Origin: Eledone cirrhosa
Taxonomy: Eukaryota
DNA length: 64,000 bases
Assembly (NCBI GenBank): GCA_964016885.1
Contig: OZ024764.1
Coordinates: 12,772,001-12,836,000 of the forward strand
Direction: 5' to 3'
This document shows, one piece after another, positions 1-13,275 of this stretch. The notes under the pieces are model-generated. The model was not told the DNA's origin, ran no database searches, and was given only the letters and a program-made list of their open reading frames with translations. Each line of letters opens with the position of its first letter. Position 1 is the first letter of the stretch. The position numbers and the translations under genes are program-made.

Positions 1-256
1 CATCTCTCCCGGTGATTTTGGATGGCCATTGACTCTTAAGAGCATATATATATACACATACACATACATACAAGCTAGTAGTAGCAGTAGTAGCAGTAGT
101 AGCAGCAGTAGCAGTAGTAGCAGCAGCAGTAGTAGTTAAGTTGTTGTTTAGCCCAGGGTCTCTACTAACCCAGCAGGTCAATAATAAAGGTTAAGAGCAG
201 GAACAGGAGCATGTCCGTCCAAATTCTAGGGTACTAGTGGTCGTTGTGACTCCTAC

Positions 257-361
257 CTTGGCTTGGCTGTAGAAGGGAGGGTGCTCCTTAATTGGGGCTT
301 CAATCTTGTCTGGGAGTTCAAACTGACCCTTTAGATTGTACTCAGCTGGTCCTGGGGTATC
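257..361 (-). CDS. STPG2: Internal coding exon (105 bp, phase 0/0): DTPGPAEYNLKGQFELPDKIEAPIKEHPPFYSQAK
   Basis: Acceptor ...gtcttttcag, donor AAG|gtagga. TPGPAEY...PF.S.AK SHIPPO-type repeat; in frame with the previous exon. Confidence 0.85.
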
Positions 362-399
362 CTGAAAAGACAGACACAGACAGAAATTGAGAAATCGTG

Positions 400-2052
400 A
401 ATGGTGATGTTGTTGTTGTTGTTGTTGTTGATGGTTGTAGTTGTAGTGGTGGTGGTTATAGTGTTGTTGTTATTGTTACAGTGGTTGTTATTGTTTACCT
501 TTTGTTGTCATTGTTGTTGTTGTTACTACAACTGTTGTTGTTGTTGTTGTTGTTACTACAACTGTTGTTGTTGTTACTACAACTGTTGTTGTTGTTGTTA
601 CTACAACTGTTGTTGTTGTTACTACAACTGTTGTTGTTTTTGTTACTACAACTGTTGTTGTTGTTGTTACTACAACTGTTGTTGTTGTTACTACAACTGT
701 TGTGGTTGTTACTACAACTGTTGTTGTTGTTGTTACTACAACTGTTGTTGTTGTTGTTACTACAACTGTTGTTGTTACTACAACTGTTGTTGTTGTTACT
801 ACAACTGTTGTTGTTGTTGTTGTTGTTACTACAACTGTTGTTGTTGTTGTTGTTGTTACTACAACTGTTGTAACTGTTGTTGTTGTTACTGTTGTTGTTG
901 TTGTTGTTGTTACTACAACTGTTGTTGTTGTTGTTACTACAACTGTTGTTGTTGTTGTTACTACAACTGTTGTTGTTGTTGTTGTTGTTACTGTTGTTGT
1001 TGTTACTACAACTGTTGTTGTTGTTGTTACTACAACTGTTGTTGTTGTTGTTGTTACTACAAACTGTTGTTGTTGTTGTTGTTGTTACTACAACTGTTGT
1101 TGTTGTTGTTACTACAACTGTTGTAACTGTTGTTGTTGTTGTTACTGTTGTTGTTGTTGTTGTTGTTGTTACTACAACTGTTGTTGTTACTACAACTGTT
1201 GTTGTTGTTGTTGTTGTTGTTACTACAACTGTTGTAACTGTTGTTGTTGTTGTTGTTGTTGTTGTTACTACAACTGTTGTTGTTGTTGTTGTTACTACAA
1301 CTATTGTAACTGTTGTTGTTGTTGTTACTGTTGTTGTTGTTATTGTTGTTGTTGTTACTACAACTGTTGTTGTTGTTGTTGTTGTTACTACAACTGTTGT
1401 TGTTGTTGTTGTTACTACAACTGTTGTTGTTGTTGTTGTTACTACAACTGTTGTTGTTGTTGTTACTACAACTGTTGTTGTTGTTGTTACTACAACTGTT
1501 GTTGTTGTTGTTGTTGTTACTACAACTGCTGTTGTTGTTGTTACTACAACTGTTGTTGTTGTTGTTGTTGTTACTACAACTGTTGTTACTGTTGTTGTTG
1601 TTGTTGTTGTTGTTACAACTGTTGTTGTTGTTGTTGTTACTACAACTGTTGTTGTTGTTGTTGTTGTTACTACGACTGTTGTTGTTGTTGTTACTACAAC
1701 TGTTGTTACTGTTGTTGTTGTTGTTGTTGTTGTTACAACTGTTGTTGTTGTTGTTGTTGTTACTACAACTGTTGTTACTGTTGTTGTTGTTGTTGTTGTT
1801 GTTACAACTGTTGTTGTTGTTGTTGTTACTACAACTGTTGTTGTTGTTGTTGTTGTTACTACAACTGTTGTTGTTGTTACTACAACTGTTGTTGTTGTTA
1901 CTACAACTGTTGTTGTTACTACAACTGTTGTTGTTACTACAGCTGTTGTTGTTGTTGTTGTTGTTACTACAACTGTTGTTGTTATTGTTGTTGTTGTTAC
2001 TACAAATGTTGTTGTTGTTGTTGTTACTACAACTGTTGTTGTTGTTGTTGCT
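400..2052. repeat. Compound (GTT)n microsatellite punctuated by ACTACAACT
   Basis: Directly visible; source of the poly-L/V/C/T/N ORFs. Confidence 0.97.
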
Positions 2053-2242
2053 GTATCCATTATATCCCAGATATCTGCAGGTTCTGCAAAGTGCAAAAAT
2101 AATTACACACCTATTTACAATATCTTGCTGCAGCCCCACGCCCCACCCCAGCCCAGCCCCCTCACAACACACCACCACACCAATCTCTCTCCCACATCCC
2201 ACCCCCACTCTTTCTGTCTGTTTGTCCGTGTGGCACTGTGGC

Positions 2243-2399
2243 ATCTCTCTCTCTCTCTCTTTCTCTCTCTGTCTGTCTGTCGCTCTCTCTCTCTCTCTTT
2301 GTCTTTGTGCCTGTCTCTCTCTCTCTCTCTCTCTTTGTCTTTGTGTCTGTCTCTTTCTCTCTCTCTCTCTCTCTCTGTCTTTGTGTCTGTCTCTTTCTC

Positions 2400-2433
<34 letters not shown>

Positions 2434-2894
2434 TATAAAGACATTGTCCAGCAGCAGCATCATCATCATCATTACAAACAGTCATTATCACAACTACCAT
2501 CATCATCAGAGTCATTATTACTACTACTACCATGACAACCACCATCACCATCATCATTATCAACAACACCATTATCATCATCACCACCACAACCACCACT
2601 ACCACTGAAAACCATCACTGTTACCATCCACATCACTACCACTAACATCATCATCACCATCATCATCACTAACAACACCATCATCACCATCACCACCACC
2701 ACCACTACCATCATCAATACCATCACCATCACCACCACTACCATCACCATCATCACTATCATCATCAGAGGACAGTGATGGGATGAGGTGTGTGTGGGTG
2801 GGTGGGGGTGTTTCCAAATTTCCTATTTTGCCACGTTTGCATTTGTGTGAGGATAATAGCACATTGATGGGGGGGGGGGTGAAGGAGAGAATTG

Positions 2895-2925
<31 letters not shown>

Positions 2926-3019
2926 TATAGACACACTATGTATATATATACCTATATATATACACACATATAGACACACTATGTATATATATACCTATAT
3001 ATATACACACATACAGACA

Positions 3020-3061
<42 letters not shown>

Positions 3062-3067
3062 CATAAA

Positions 3068-3109
<42 letters not shown>

Positions 3110-3115
3110 CATATG

Positions 3116-3163
<48 letters not shown>

Positions 3164-3184
3164 TATACATATATATACATATAC

Positions 3185-3243
<59 letters not shown>

Positions 3244-3496
3244 TATACACACACATATACATATATATACATATACACATATATACATATACATATACAC
3301 ACATATATATATATATACATATACACACATATATATATACATACACACAGACACACACACATATGTACATATACACATACACACACACATATATATACAT
3401 ATACACACAAACACACACGCAGGCATATATATACATGTGTATGTGTGTGTATGTGTGTGTATGTGTGTGTATGTGTGTGTGTGTGTGTGTGTGTAT
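2243..3496. repeat. Run of (CT)n, (CAT/CAC)n and (TA/CA)n microsatellites
   Basis: Directly visible low-complexity tracts. Confidence 0.93.
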
Positions 3497-4001
3497 GAAG
3501 TGATGAGTCATCACTATTTTTAGCTATGTCCCCACCCCCCACACTTAACCTCCACCCCCTCCCCTCCACCCCCCTAATATAGATGAAATAACATTGATGA
3601 CACCTAGCTTCCTCTTCTGGAATATAATAGGGGGCAGCACCATCACATACAACAACAACAACAACAACAATTGCAACAGCAACAACAGTAACATCAACAA
3701 CAACAACCATTAGACTTCTGTTAGTTTCCACTCCACAATGAGCGCCTTGTCCTGAAATTGGCGGGTTAGTGCCCGAGCATTCTACAGACACATGTACCGT
3801 CTCAATGTCGTTCTCAGGGAGATTCAGCATTACGCAGTGTGTGGTGACAAAACTGACCTTTAGAATTACTGGTACAGTCCACCATCTACTATGTTGTGGG
3901 CCAAGGAGGGTAAACTCTCCAAATATCGGTCACTCGCTTTTAAAGCCATGTCATCAGCAGAATGAACCCTTCATTCTTGCTCTTGTGTTGGCATGTGAAC
4001 A

Positions 4002-4051
4002 GAACTGCAGACACTAATGTTTCTGGGTATCACCCTTCATCAGTACAGCTC
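4002..4051 (-). ncRNA. Type I hammerhead ribozyme motif (Penelope-like element type)
   Basis: Minus strand: gagctgta-CTGATGA-agggt gat accca-GAAAC attagt GTC-tgcagttc. Stem I is 8 bp including G-U pairs, stem II is gggt/accc, stem III is near-palindromic. Confidence 0.72.
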
Positions 4052-4225
4052 ACTGTTCACCTGCCAACTGTCAGAGTGAGTGAAAATACATGCTATTATC
4101 TAAAATATACAGTGACTGATCAGCCTGATTTGCATATTAGCAGACATGGCTTTAAAAATGAGGCTTCTTTGCATAATTGCAAACGAATTGAATGTTGTTA
4201 TTAATATTTGAAAAACTCAGATTAC

Positions 4226-4263
<38 letters not shown>

Positions 4264-4268
<5 letters not shown>

Positions 4269-5226
4269 CTTGACCGACCAGTCTGTCGGGTGTCCATTCG
4301 GCATCGCTGGTCACAGCACGTTGTGCTGCTTTAGCCATAAGATAACGCGTGACGCCAGAGGTCACGGTCGTGTGTCATTTCCTTTGAGAGGTGTAATTGG
4401 GTAAGGTCGGCTTTTATCACCTCATCCCAGGTCATCTTGGGTCTCCCCACTCCGCGGTTTCCATCAACTTCTAGTGCTCTGCACCTTTTTATGCAGCTGT
4501 CATCCTTCATACGCATCACATGTCCATACCAGCGCAACCGCCTCTCCTGCACACACCATTTGATTCCTCTTATGCTCAGTCTCTCTCTCAATTCATTTAT
4601 GCTTTGTCGTTCACGGATATTACTGTTACACATCCATCGGAGCATGCAGGCTTCGTTTCTCTCTAATCTACGTAAGTCTTCCACCTTCAACGCCCAGGTC
4701 TCACTACCATGCAACATCGCTGTTCGGATACACGCATCATACAGTCTGCCTTTCATTCTGAGGGAGAAGCCTTTTGCAGCTAGCAGTGGTAGTAGTTCCC
4801 TAAACTTCTTCCATCCCGTTCTTACCCTAGTTATTGTACTTTCTGAACACCCACCTCCGCTGCTAATTCGGTCACCTAGGTAGCAGAAGCTGTCTACTGT
4901 TTCTACAGAGCCCTCCCAGAGATTGGTGGTACTTGTTTCCTGTGGCTGTTTGCTGCTTGCTGTCCCAGCACAGCTGCTGCATGTGAAGCCTACATTCTTA
5001 ATTAAGCTTCCTGAGATCCCGCTACATCTCTTGTGTACCCATTGTTTGCATTTGGGGCAGAGAATGGAGTTCCTACCTACACCTTTCCTACATACTGAGC
5101 TAGGCCATTTCCCTGAGGGGATCTGGGTTCTGTTTTCTCGTCTACTTACAAGGACCTTAGTCTTTGTCATGTTGACTTTGAGACCCTTTCTTTCTAGTCC
5201 CTGCTTCCAAGTTTGGAATTTATTCT
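4264..5226 (-). mobile_element. 5'-truncated RTE-clade LINE (RT thumb/C-terminal region plus 3' end)
   Basis: ORF 4331-5251 contains GLKVNMTKTKV, FCYLGD, LHGSETW and RRLRWYGHV..R..GRPK.TW motifs. Flanked by (TA)n. A 3'-end fragment recurs at about 52723-52795. Confidence 0.93.
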
Positions 5227-5640
5227 CTCTCTCTATATATATATGTTCCATTCTCTGACGAAGGGCTAGTGTCCAAAATGTTAAGACTCTTTTCCTATTT
5301 TATCAACCCTATAATGATGAAAGACAAAGCTTAACCCGAAGAAGAAGCAGGATTGAAGTATTATATATATATATATATTATAAAATAACAGGAGGCTGGA
5401 CTGGTGTAATTCCTTAAAGGTTTATTATACTATGAACATTTCAATGACCAGGTTCAGTATGAATCCGGTGACATCATCAGGTATTCCGAAATTTATCCAA
5501 CAAAGGAATATAATAATAGACACAATCCAAGGGGCTGAAAAGCATAGACAGATGCCCAAGACGAGAAGGCAGCCAAAAATTATCAAGGTTGACTATACAG
5601 AATGATCAGTTCTATCCAGTGGTGAACCAACAAACCTAAA

Positions 5641-5685
<45 letters not shown>

Positions 5686-6115
5686 TATATATATGTATAT
5701 ATATATGTATATATGGCAAAAAAGCACCCAGCACTCACTGTAAATGAGGTTGGTGTTAGGAAGGGCATCCAGCTGTAGAAATCAAGCCAGAATCAGTTCC
5801 CGTCCCACCCTTGCAAGCAGGAGAAGTGGACGTAAAATGAAATGATGATGAATATAATATATATATATATATATATACACATATATACACACATACACAC
5901 ACACATATATATATGTACACACATACACACATATATATATAATATAATATAATATAATATATATATATATACACACACACACATATATATATATATATAC
6001 ACATATATACACACATACACACACACATATATAATATAACATATAATATATATATATATATACACACACACATATATATATACACATACATATATATACA
6101 CATATATACACACAT

Positions 6116-6146
<31 letters not shown>

Positions 6147-6384
6147 ATATAATATAATATATATACACACATACACACACATATATATATATATAATATA
6201 ATATAATATAATATAATATAATATAATATAATATAATATAATATAATATAATATATATACACACATATATATATATACACATATACACATATACACACAC
6301 ATATCAGTGTGTCTATGAAAAGGTTAAAGTGTTTATATTTATCTAAAATCCTCGCAATGTTAGTTACAATGATGATGATGATGA

Positions 6385-7003
6385 CTATCTCCATCAATAT
6401 CATCATCACCACCATCATCACCATCATCACCATCACCATCACCATCATTACCATCACCATCATCACCATCACCATCACTATAATCATCATCACCATCATC
6501 ATCACCATCATCACCATCACCATCACCACCATCACCATCACCATCATTATCATCACCATCACCACCATCATTATCATCACCATCATCACCATCACCATCA
6601 CCACCATCATTATCATCACTATCACCATCACTATCATCACCATCATCATCACCACCATCACCATCATCATCACTATCATCACCATCACAACCATCATCAT
6701 CATCATCATCATCACCATCACAATCATCACCATCACTATCGCCATCATCACCACCACCACCACCACCACCACCACCACCACCACCACCACCATCATCACC
6801 ACCATCACCATCATCACCACCATCACCATCACCATCACCACCACCATCACCATCATCACCACCATCACCAGCACCACCACAACCACCACCACCATCACCA
6901 CCACCACCACCACCAGCACCACCAGCACCACCATCATCACCAGCACCACGATCACCACGATCACCACCACCAGCATCACCACCACCACCACCACCATCAC
7001 CAA
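6385..7003. repeat. (CAT/CAC)n microsatellite
   Basis: Directly visible. Confidence 0.95.
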
Positions 7004-7369
7004 TGTAACCAGATGCTGGTTATTACCAACGGAGAGATTAGTTATCCAACTAAGATGTCCTTCTACGGCAGAGCTACTTAAACCACATCGCGGGAGGCGA
7101 AGAGACCGGCCATAAAACCGGAAAATCAGAAAAGTAATCGCCATTACTGTCAGAGGAAACACAACCAGGGATTACAGCTCGGCCGTAATTCCTAGCAAGA
7201 TAAAGGGACATTTTAAAAGAGAAGGTATTCTAAAGGTGTTCTGGTCCCTGCCAAGTCTTTGATGGGAAGTTTTGGTAATTAGGTAGTTAAACTAAATACC
7301 TACTTATATTTATTAGTGTCTATCTATCTATCTATCTATCTATCTATTTATTTATTTATCTATCTATAC

Positions 7370-7433
<64 letters not shown>

Positions 7434-7507
7434 TATGTGTATATAGATATATAATTATATATATAAATAGATATATATATATAATATATATAAATATATA
7501 TATTATA

Positions 7508-7832
7508 ATGCTCTAACCACATGCCTTGCAATCGAAAGGTTGTGAGTTCAATTCTCAGACCGGGTGATGTGTTGTTTCCTTGAGCAAGACACTTTATTTC
7601 ACATTGCTCCAGTTTACTCAGCTGTAGAAATGAGATGATAGGACTGCGGTCCCTATCATTCCACTGGAACGTGGTTGTGGAGGTGCCACGGCAAAAAAAA
7701 GCACCCAGCACTCACTGTAAATGAGGTTGGTGTTAGGAAGGGCATCCAGCTGTAGAAATCAAGCCAGAATCAGTTCCCGTCCCACCCTTGCAAGCAGGGA
7801 AAAAGCGGACGTAAAATGAAATGATGATGATG
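7508..7832 (+). mobile_element. SINE family A copy (tRNA-like head with locally inverted A-box, one 49-bp unit, RTE-like tail)
   Basis: Same body as 20559-20900 and 45568-45903; (ATG)n tail. Confidence 0.85.
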
Positions 7833-8489
7833 AATGCCTGTGCTTGAAGATATTTTTAAAGTGAGGAAAGACTGTGCACTGAGCCAATCCCACTCTCTGA
7901 GAGACAGTAGCTATAACCTGAAAAGAAGAAAAGATCAACATCATCGGTAACGACTGAGCCGCAGGTTTTATGTCGGAGTTATCCCAGTTTCCTGAGATAC
8001 CTTCTCCTAGAAGAATGCCCTGACAAAGGCTAGTGGTCCTTCACTCCCAGTGGTTTAACCATGCGGTACATGTGTATATACACATTTACACACTTTTGGA
8101 TGGCCGTTGACTCTTATGAGTTCTTCCGCCCTTTATACATACATACATACTCCCAGTTTCCTTCTCATAGAAGAATGCTCTGACAAAGGCTAGGGGTCCT
8201 TCACTCCTTTTGAGAACAATACCTTAACAGAAAGAGGTGAGAGAATTCTGGCCAGATATGGCCAACATCAGTAGCATGGAGAGGGGAGTCTGATATACAA
8301 GGGTGACTTCTGGTCTTCCACAAACAAACCTTGCCCAGGCTTGTGCTACAAAGAGGAACTTTCTAGGTGTAAAACCATGGTCATTGGTGAAGGATGGTGG
8401 TGGTGGGGGGGTTATTATAAAGAGTTGGGACCTCAACAGCTAAGCTCTTGCCCTTCCAACAGCTAGTTCCAGCCGATGGAACTAGCTAG

Positions 8490-8975
8490 TTGTGGAGGAG
8501 GAGGGGAGGAGGATGAGATGGTGGTGGTGTTGGTGGTGGTGGTAGTGGTGGTGGAGGAGGTGGTGGTGGAAGAGGTGATAGTGGTGGTGGTGGTAGTGGT
8601 GGTGGAGGTGGTGGTGTAGTGTGGTGGTGGTGATGGTGGTAGTGGTGGTGGTGGTAGTGGTGGTGGTGGAGAAGGTGGTGGTGGAAGAGGTGATAGTGGT
8701 GGAGGAGGTGGTGGTGGTGGTGGAAACGGTGATAGTGGTGGTGTTGGTGGAAGAGGTGATAGTGGTGGAGGAGGTGATAGTGGTGGTGGAAGAGGTGATA
8801 GTGGTGGTGGTAGTGGTGGTGGAGGAGGTGGTGATGGAAGAGGTGATGGTGGTGGTGGTATTGGTGGTGGTGGAAGAGGTGATAGTGGTGGTGGTAGTGG
8901 CGTTTGTGGTGGTGGAAGAGGTGATAGTGGTGGTGATAGTGGTGGTGATAGTGGTGGTGGTGGTGGTGTTGGTGG
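8490..8975. repeat. (GGT)n-based minisatellite with GGAAGAGGTGATAGT motif
   Basis: Directly visible. Confidence 0.9.
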
Positions 8976-9209
8976 CGATTGCAGTGCAGTGGTGGATTAA
9001 ATGATGACAATAACAATAACGAAGCAATTAACAATAGTAACAGGGGAGAGTGAGGGGTGGTTGTGTGTGTGTGTGTGTGGGGGGGGGGGGGGGTTAATTG
9101 GAACAATAATTAATTGTGCTTACGTAGCATAATCAGAGTAATCAGAAATAGAATTGGAACAAAACAGCTCTGTAGAGCACTACGTGGTATAGATGTGTAG
9201 TAAAATAAG

Positions 9210-9385
9210 TGTTTCTACTTTTGGCACAAGGCCAGCAATTACCCCAGTGTATTACTGGTACCTTATTTTATCGACCCCCGTAAGGATGAAAGGCAAAGTT
9301 AACCTCGAAGGGATTTGAACTCAGGCCGTAAAGGGCCGTAACTCTTTGCTGCAAAGCATGGCGTCCGACCCTCTATCGATACTAA
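9210..9385 (-). mobile_element. SINE family B copy (tRNA-derived)
   Basis: Shares ttttatcgacccc-gtaaggatgaaaggcaaagt...atttgaactcag with other copies; the minus strand carries a GAGTTCAAAT B-box. Confidence 0.85.
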
Positions 9386-9624
9386 AATATTAATCACCTC
9401 CAAAATCTATCATCACCACCACCGCTGGCGCCACCACCGTCCTCATCACTTCCGCCGTCATCATCATCATCATCACCACCACTACCACCACTACCACCAC
9501 CACCACCACTACCATCATCATCATCAAATGGAACAAAACCTTCTAACCCATGCTAGCATGGAAGATGAACATTAAACGATGATGATGATGATATATACAT
9601 ACACACATGTGTATATATATATAT

Positions 9625-9966
9625 ATAAATCAAGAAAGAAGAGTGAGACAGTTTGCTATACAAAAAATGTTTTTAATCACATTGCTGACAATTGTTTCTC
9701 TGAACTGGTAGGTCTAGAGATTGCTACCCGCTTGTTTTCACGTTATTCGATCACCAATACAAAGTTATAACCAGTCAATTCATCGGATCTTGTAATAATG
9801 AGCTCTGATGAATTGACTGGTTATAACTTTGTATTGGTGATCGAATAACGTGAAAACAAGTGGGTAGCGATCTCTAGACCTACCAGTTCAGAGAAACAAT
9901 TGTCAGCAATGAGATTAAAAACCTTTTTTGTATAGCAAACCGTGTCAATCTTCTTTCCTGATTTAT
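9625..9966. repeat. Fold-back element (about 160-bp arms, short spacer) with a hammerhead on the + arm (9802-9907)
   Basis: Arms are reverse complements. gct-CTGATGA(9805)-..actgg...ccagt..-GAAAC AATT GTC(9902-9904)-agc. Confidence 0.85.
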
Positions 9967-10133
9967 CATTACTCCAAGTGTTTACAACATAGGAATTACA
10001 GCATACTCGCAAAATCACTATGGAAACGCCTTGTTGAGTCAAACTTAGCCAAGCGTTGATATCATCCACTACCCGGAGTACCATAACTGGACTACACCTA
10101 AGTGGACTACCTATAACAATAATCTGTTACCCC

Positions 10134-10173
<40 letters not shown>

Positions 10174-10193
10174 CAATAATCCCTCACTCCCTC

Positions 10194-10712
10194 CCACTGT
10201 AAAGTGGTCGTGGAGGTGTCACGGAAAAAAAGCACCCAGCACTCACTGTAAAGGGGTCGTGGGGGTGCCACGGCAAAAAAACACCCAGCACCCACTGTAA
10301 AGTGGTCATGGAGGTGCCACAGCAAAAAAAGCACCCAGCCCACACTGTAAAGTGGTCGTGGAGGTGCCACGGAAAAAAAGCACCCAGCCCACACTGTAAA
10401 GTGGTCATGGAGGTGCCACAGCAAAAAAAGCACCCAGCCCACACTGTAAAGTGGTCATGGAGGTGCCACAGAAAAAAAGCACCCAGCCCACACTGGAAAG
10501 TGGTCGTGGAGGTTCCATGGAAAAAAAGCACCCAGCCCACACTGTAAATGAGGTTGGTGTTAGGAAGGGCATCCAGCTGTAGAAATCAAGCCAGAATCAG
10601 TTCCCGTATGAGCAAGACAAGGTCAGCCGACTGGACACTGACCACAACAGGACAACCCGTCTAACCCATGCTAGCGTGGAAGAATGGATTTAAAACGGTG
10701 ATGATGATGATG
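10194..10712 (+). mobile_element. Headless SINE family A copy with about 7 tandem 49/50-bp units and the long tail
   Basis: Tandem ctgtaaagtggtc(g/a)tggaggtgccac..aaaaaaagcacccagc, then aggaagggcatccagctgtagaaa and catgctagcgtggaaga..(ATG)n. Confidence 0.88.
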
Positions 10713-10792
10713 ATATATACACATATATACATATAAATATACATATATATACATATATATATACATGTATATATATACATGTATATATATAC

Positions 10793-10829
<37 letters not shown>

Positions 10830-11166
10830 CATATATATATTGGTAAACGGAATAGAAAATATATATATATACATATATATTCGTATATATATATACATAT
10901 ACATACATACATATATATATACACATATACATACATATATATATATACATATACATACATACATATATATATACACATATATATACATAAATATATACAC
11001 ATATATATACATAAATATATACATACACACACACACACACACACACAGACACACACACACACACACACAGACACACACACACACACACACAGACACACAC
11101 ACACACACACACAGACACACACACACACACAGACACACACACAGACACACACACACACACACACAG

Positions 11167-11200
<34 letters not shown>

Positions 11201-11532
11201 AGACACCGGGCTAATTAGAGGTATAATTATGAAGATATTGCTGACTTAGCAGAACCAGAAATAGATTGATGAAAACAGAAGATCGGCGTATGGCACGTGT
11301 TGGGATAAAGAATATGTCTAGAGGAGGGGTGGATGGGGCTGAAGAGGTGGGTAATGCCCCCACCCCGGCGCGTCCCTCCCCTCTCGTGATCAGTCCCTAT
11401 CAATCCTACCCCTAGCCCCTGTCCCACATCACAATACATTGCCAAAAATATAAACACTGTCTGTTTGTCTCTCTCCCACTCTGTCTGCCACTCTCTCTTT
11501 CTTTCGGGGAAGAAAGGAACTTATTTTTAAAC

Positions 11533-12050
11533 GTGTGTGTATAATGTGTGTGTATAATGTGTGTGTATAATGTGTGTGTATAATGTGTGTGTATAATGTG
11601 TCTGTATAATGTGTCTGTATAATGTGTGTGTATAATGTGTGTATAATGTGTGTGTATGTGTGTGTATAATGTGTGCGTATAATGTGTGTGTATGTGTGTA
11701 TATGTGTGTGTATAATGTGTGTATAATGTGTGTATATAATGTGTGTATATAATGTGTGTATATAATGTGTATATAATGTGTATATAATGTGTGTATATAA
11801 TGTGTGTATATAATGTGTGTATAATGTGTATATAATGTGTGTATGTGTGTGTATAATGTGTGTATATAATGTGTGTATAATGTGTGTATATAATGTGTGT
11901 ATTTAAACATGTGTGTATAATGTGTGTATATAATGTGTATATGTGTGTATATAAACGTGTGTGTATAATATGTGTATATAAACGTGTGTATGTGTGTATA
12001 TAATGTGTATATGTGTGTATATAACATGTGTATATTTTAAACGTGTATAT
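11533..12050. repeat. (TATAATGTGTGTG)-type minisatellite
   Basis: Directly visible 11-13 bp period. Confidence 0.9.
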
Positions 12051-12357
12051 ATATATATAACAATAACAACACCAATAACAACAACAGTAATAAACAACAA
12101 CAACAACAACAGTAATAAATACTACAACAACAACAGTAACAACTACAACAATAACAACAGTAATAAATACAACTACAATAACAACTACAACAACAACAAC
12201 AGTAACAACTACAACAATAACAACAGTAACAAATACAACTACAATAACAACTACAACAACAACAACAGTAATAAATACAATAACAACTGTTACTGTTTAT
12301 AATTACCACACCTGCTACCCCACCACCACCATCGCAATTATCACCACACACTAATTA

Positions 12358-12580
12358 TCACCACCACCATCAATACCACCTCTAACACTACCATCACCAC
12401 CATCACTACCATCACCACCACCATCAATACTACCTCTAACACTACCATCACCACCATCACTACCATCACCACCACCATCAATACTACCTCTAACACTACC
12501 ATCACCACCATCGCTACCATCACCACCACCATCAATACTACCTCTAACACTACCATCACCACCATCACCACCACCACCTC
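12358..12580. repeat. About 54-bp minisatellite built on ACC repeats (about 4 copies)
   Basis: Recurrent atcaatactacctctaacactacc. Confidence 0.85.
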
Positions 12581-12656
12581 CAAAACTAACTCTACGCTGC
12601 AAAGCATGGCGTCCGACCCTCTACCAATACTGCCACCTGTGTGTGTGTATATATAT

Positions 12657-12925
12657 CATCATCATCATCATCTTCGTTTAACGTCCATCTTCCACGCTAG
12701 CATGGGTTAGACGGGGATTGTCCCACTTGAGGCAAGGCTGATCGGGTGACCGTGTCTCGCTCATATAGGACTATCTGGCAGGTTTTCTACGGCTGGATGC
12801 CCTTCCTAACACCAACCACATTTACAGTGTGGAACTGGGAACTTTTAACCGTGTTACCTACTACACGGCCACATTACAGCGTGGACTGTGTGTTTTTTTT
12901 CTCATGACACCTACACGATCTCGAT
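12657..12925 (-). mobile_element. Diverged SINE family A-related copy
   Basis: ctggatgcccttcctaacaccaacc core and catgggttagacg tail. Confidence 0.75.
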
Positions 12926-12936
12926 CTCATTTATTT

Positions 12937-12994
<58 letters not shown>

Positions 12995-13070
12995 CTGAAT
13001 GAAGTAATTCCGTCGGAAAGGTCCAGGAAAAAAGAGTGCTCTATATAGGTTACAGAGCTTATAAGGATTT

Positions 13071-13131
13071 TTTCATTCTGATGATTGAAAGCAAAATTTG
13101 TTTGCTTTCAAGAAACCACTGGTAAATGAAA
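13071..13131 (+). ncRNA. Complete type I hammerhead ribozyme motif
   Basis: tttcatt-CTGATGA-ttgaaagcaaa atttg tttgctttcaa-GAAA cc act gGTA-aatgaaa. Stem I 7 bp, stem II 11 bp, stem III 3 bp, GUA cleavage triplet. Confidence 0.85.
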
Positions 13132-13156
13132 TAATTGCCTTATGTTGTTTATTACA

Positions 13157-13187
<31 letters not shown>

Positions 13188-13275
13188 GTAAAGTTATATT
13201 TAAAATTGTTGGGTTACAACTAGTAAATATTTATAACTGATATAAAAGCACTCGACAAATATTTGGAGTATATTT

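Noticed and set aside
397-2608. Cys-, Leu-, Val- or Thr-rich proteins (metallothionein- or mucin-like)
   Set aside because: (GTT)n microsatellite open in multiple frames, inside an intron.
8460-8488. Hairpin agctagttcca-gccga-tggaactagct as a terminator or pre-miRNA
   Set aside because: Too short, has no U-tract and is isolated; no supporting context.
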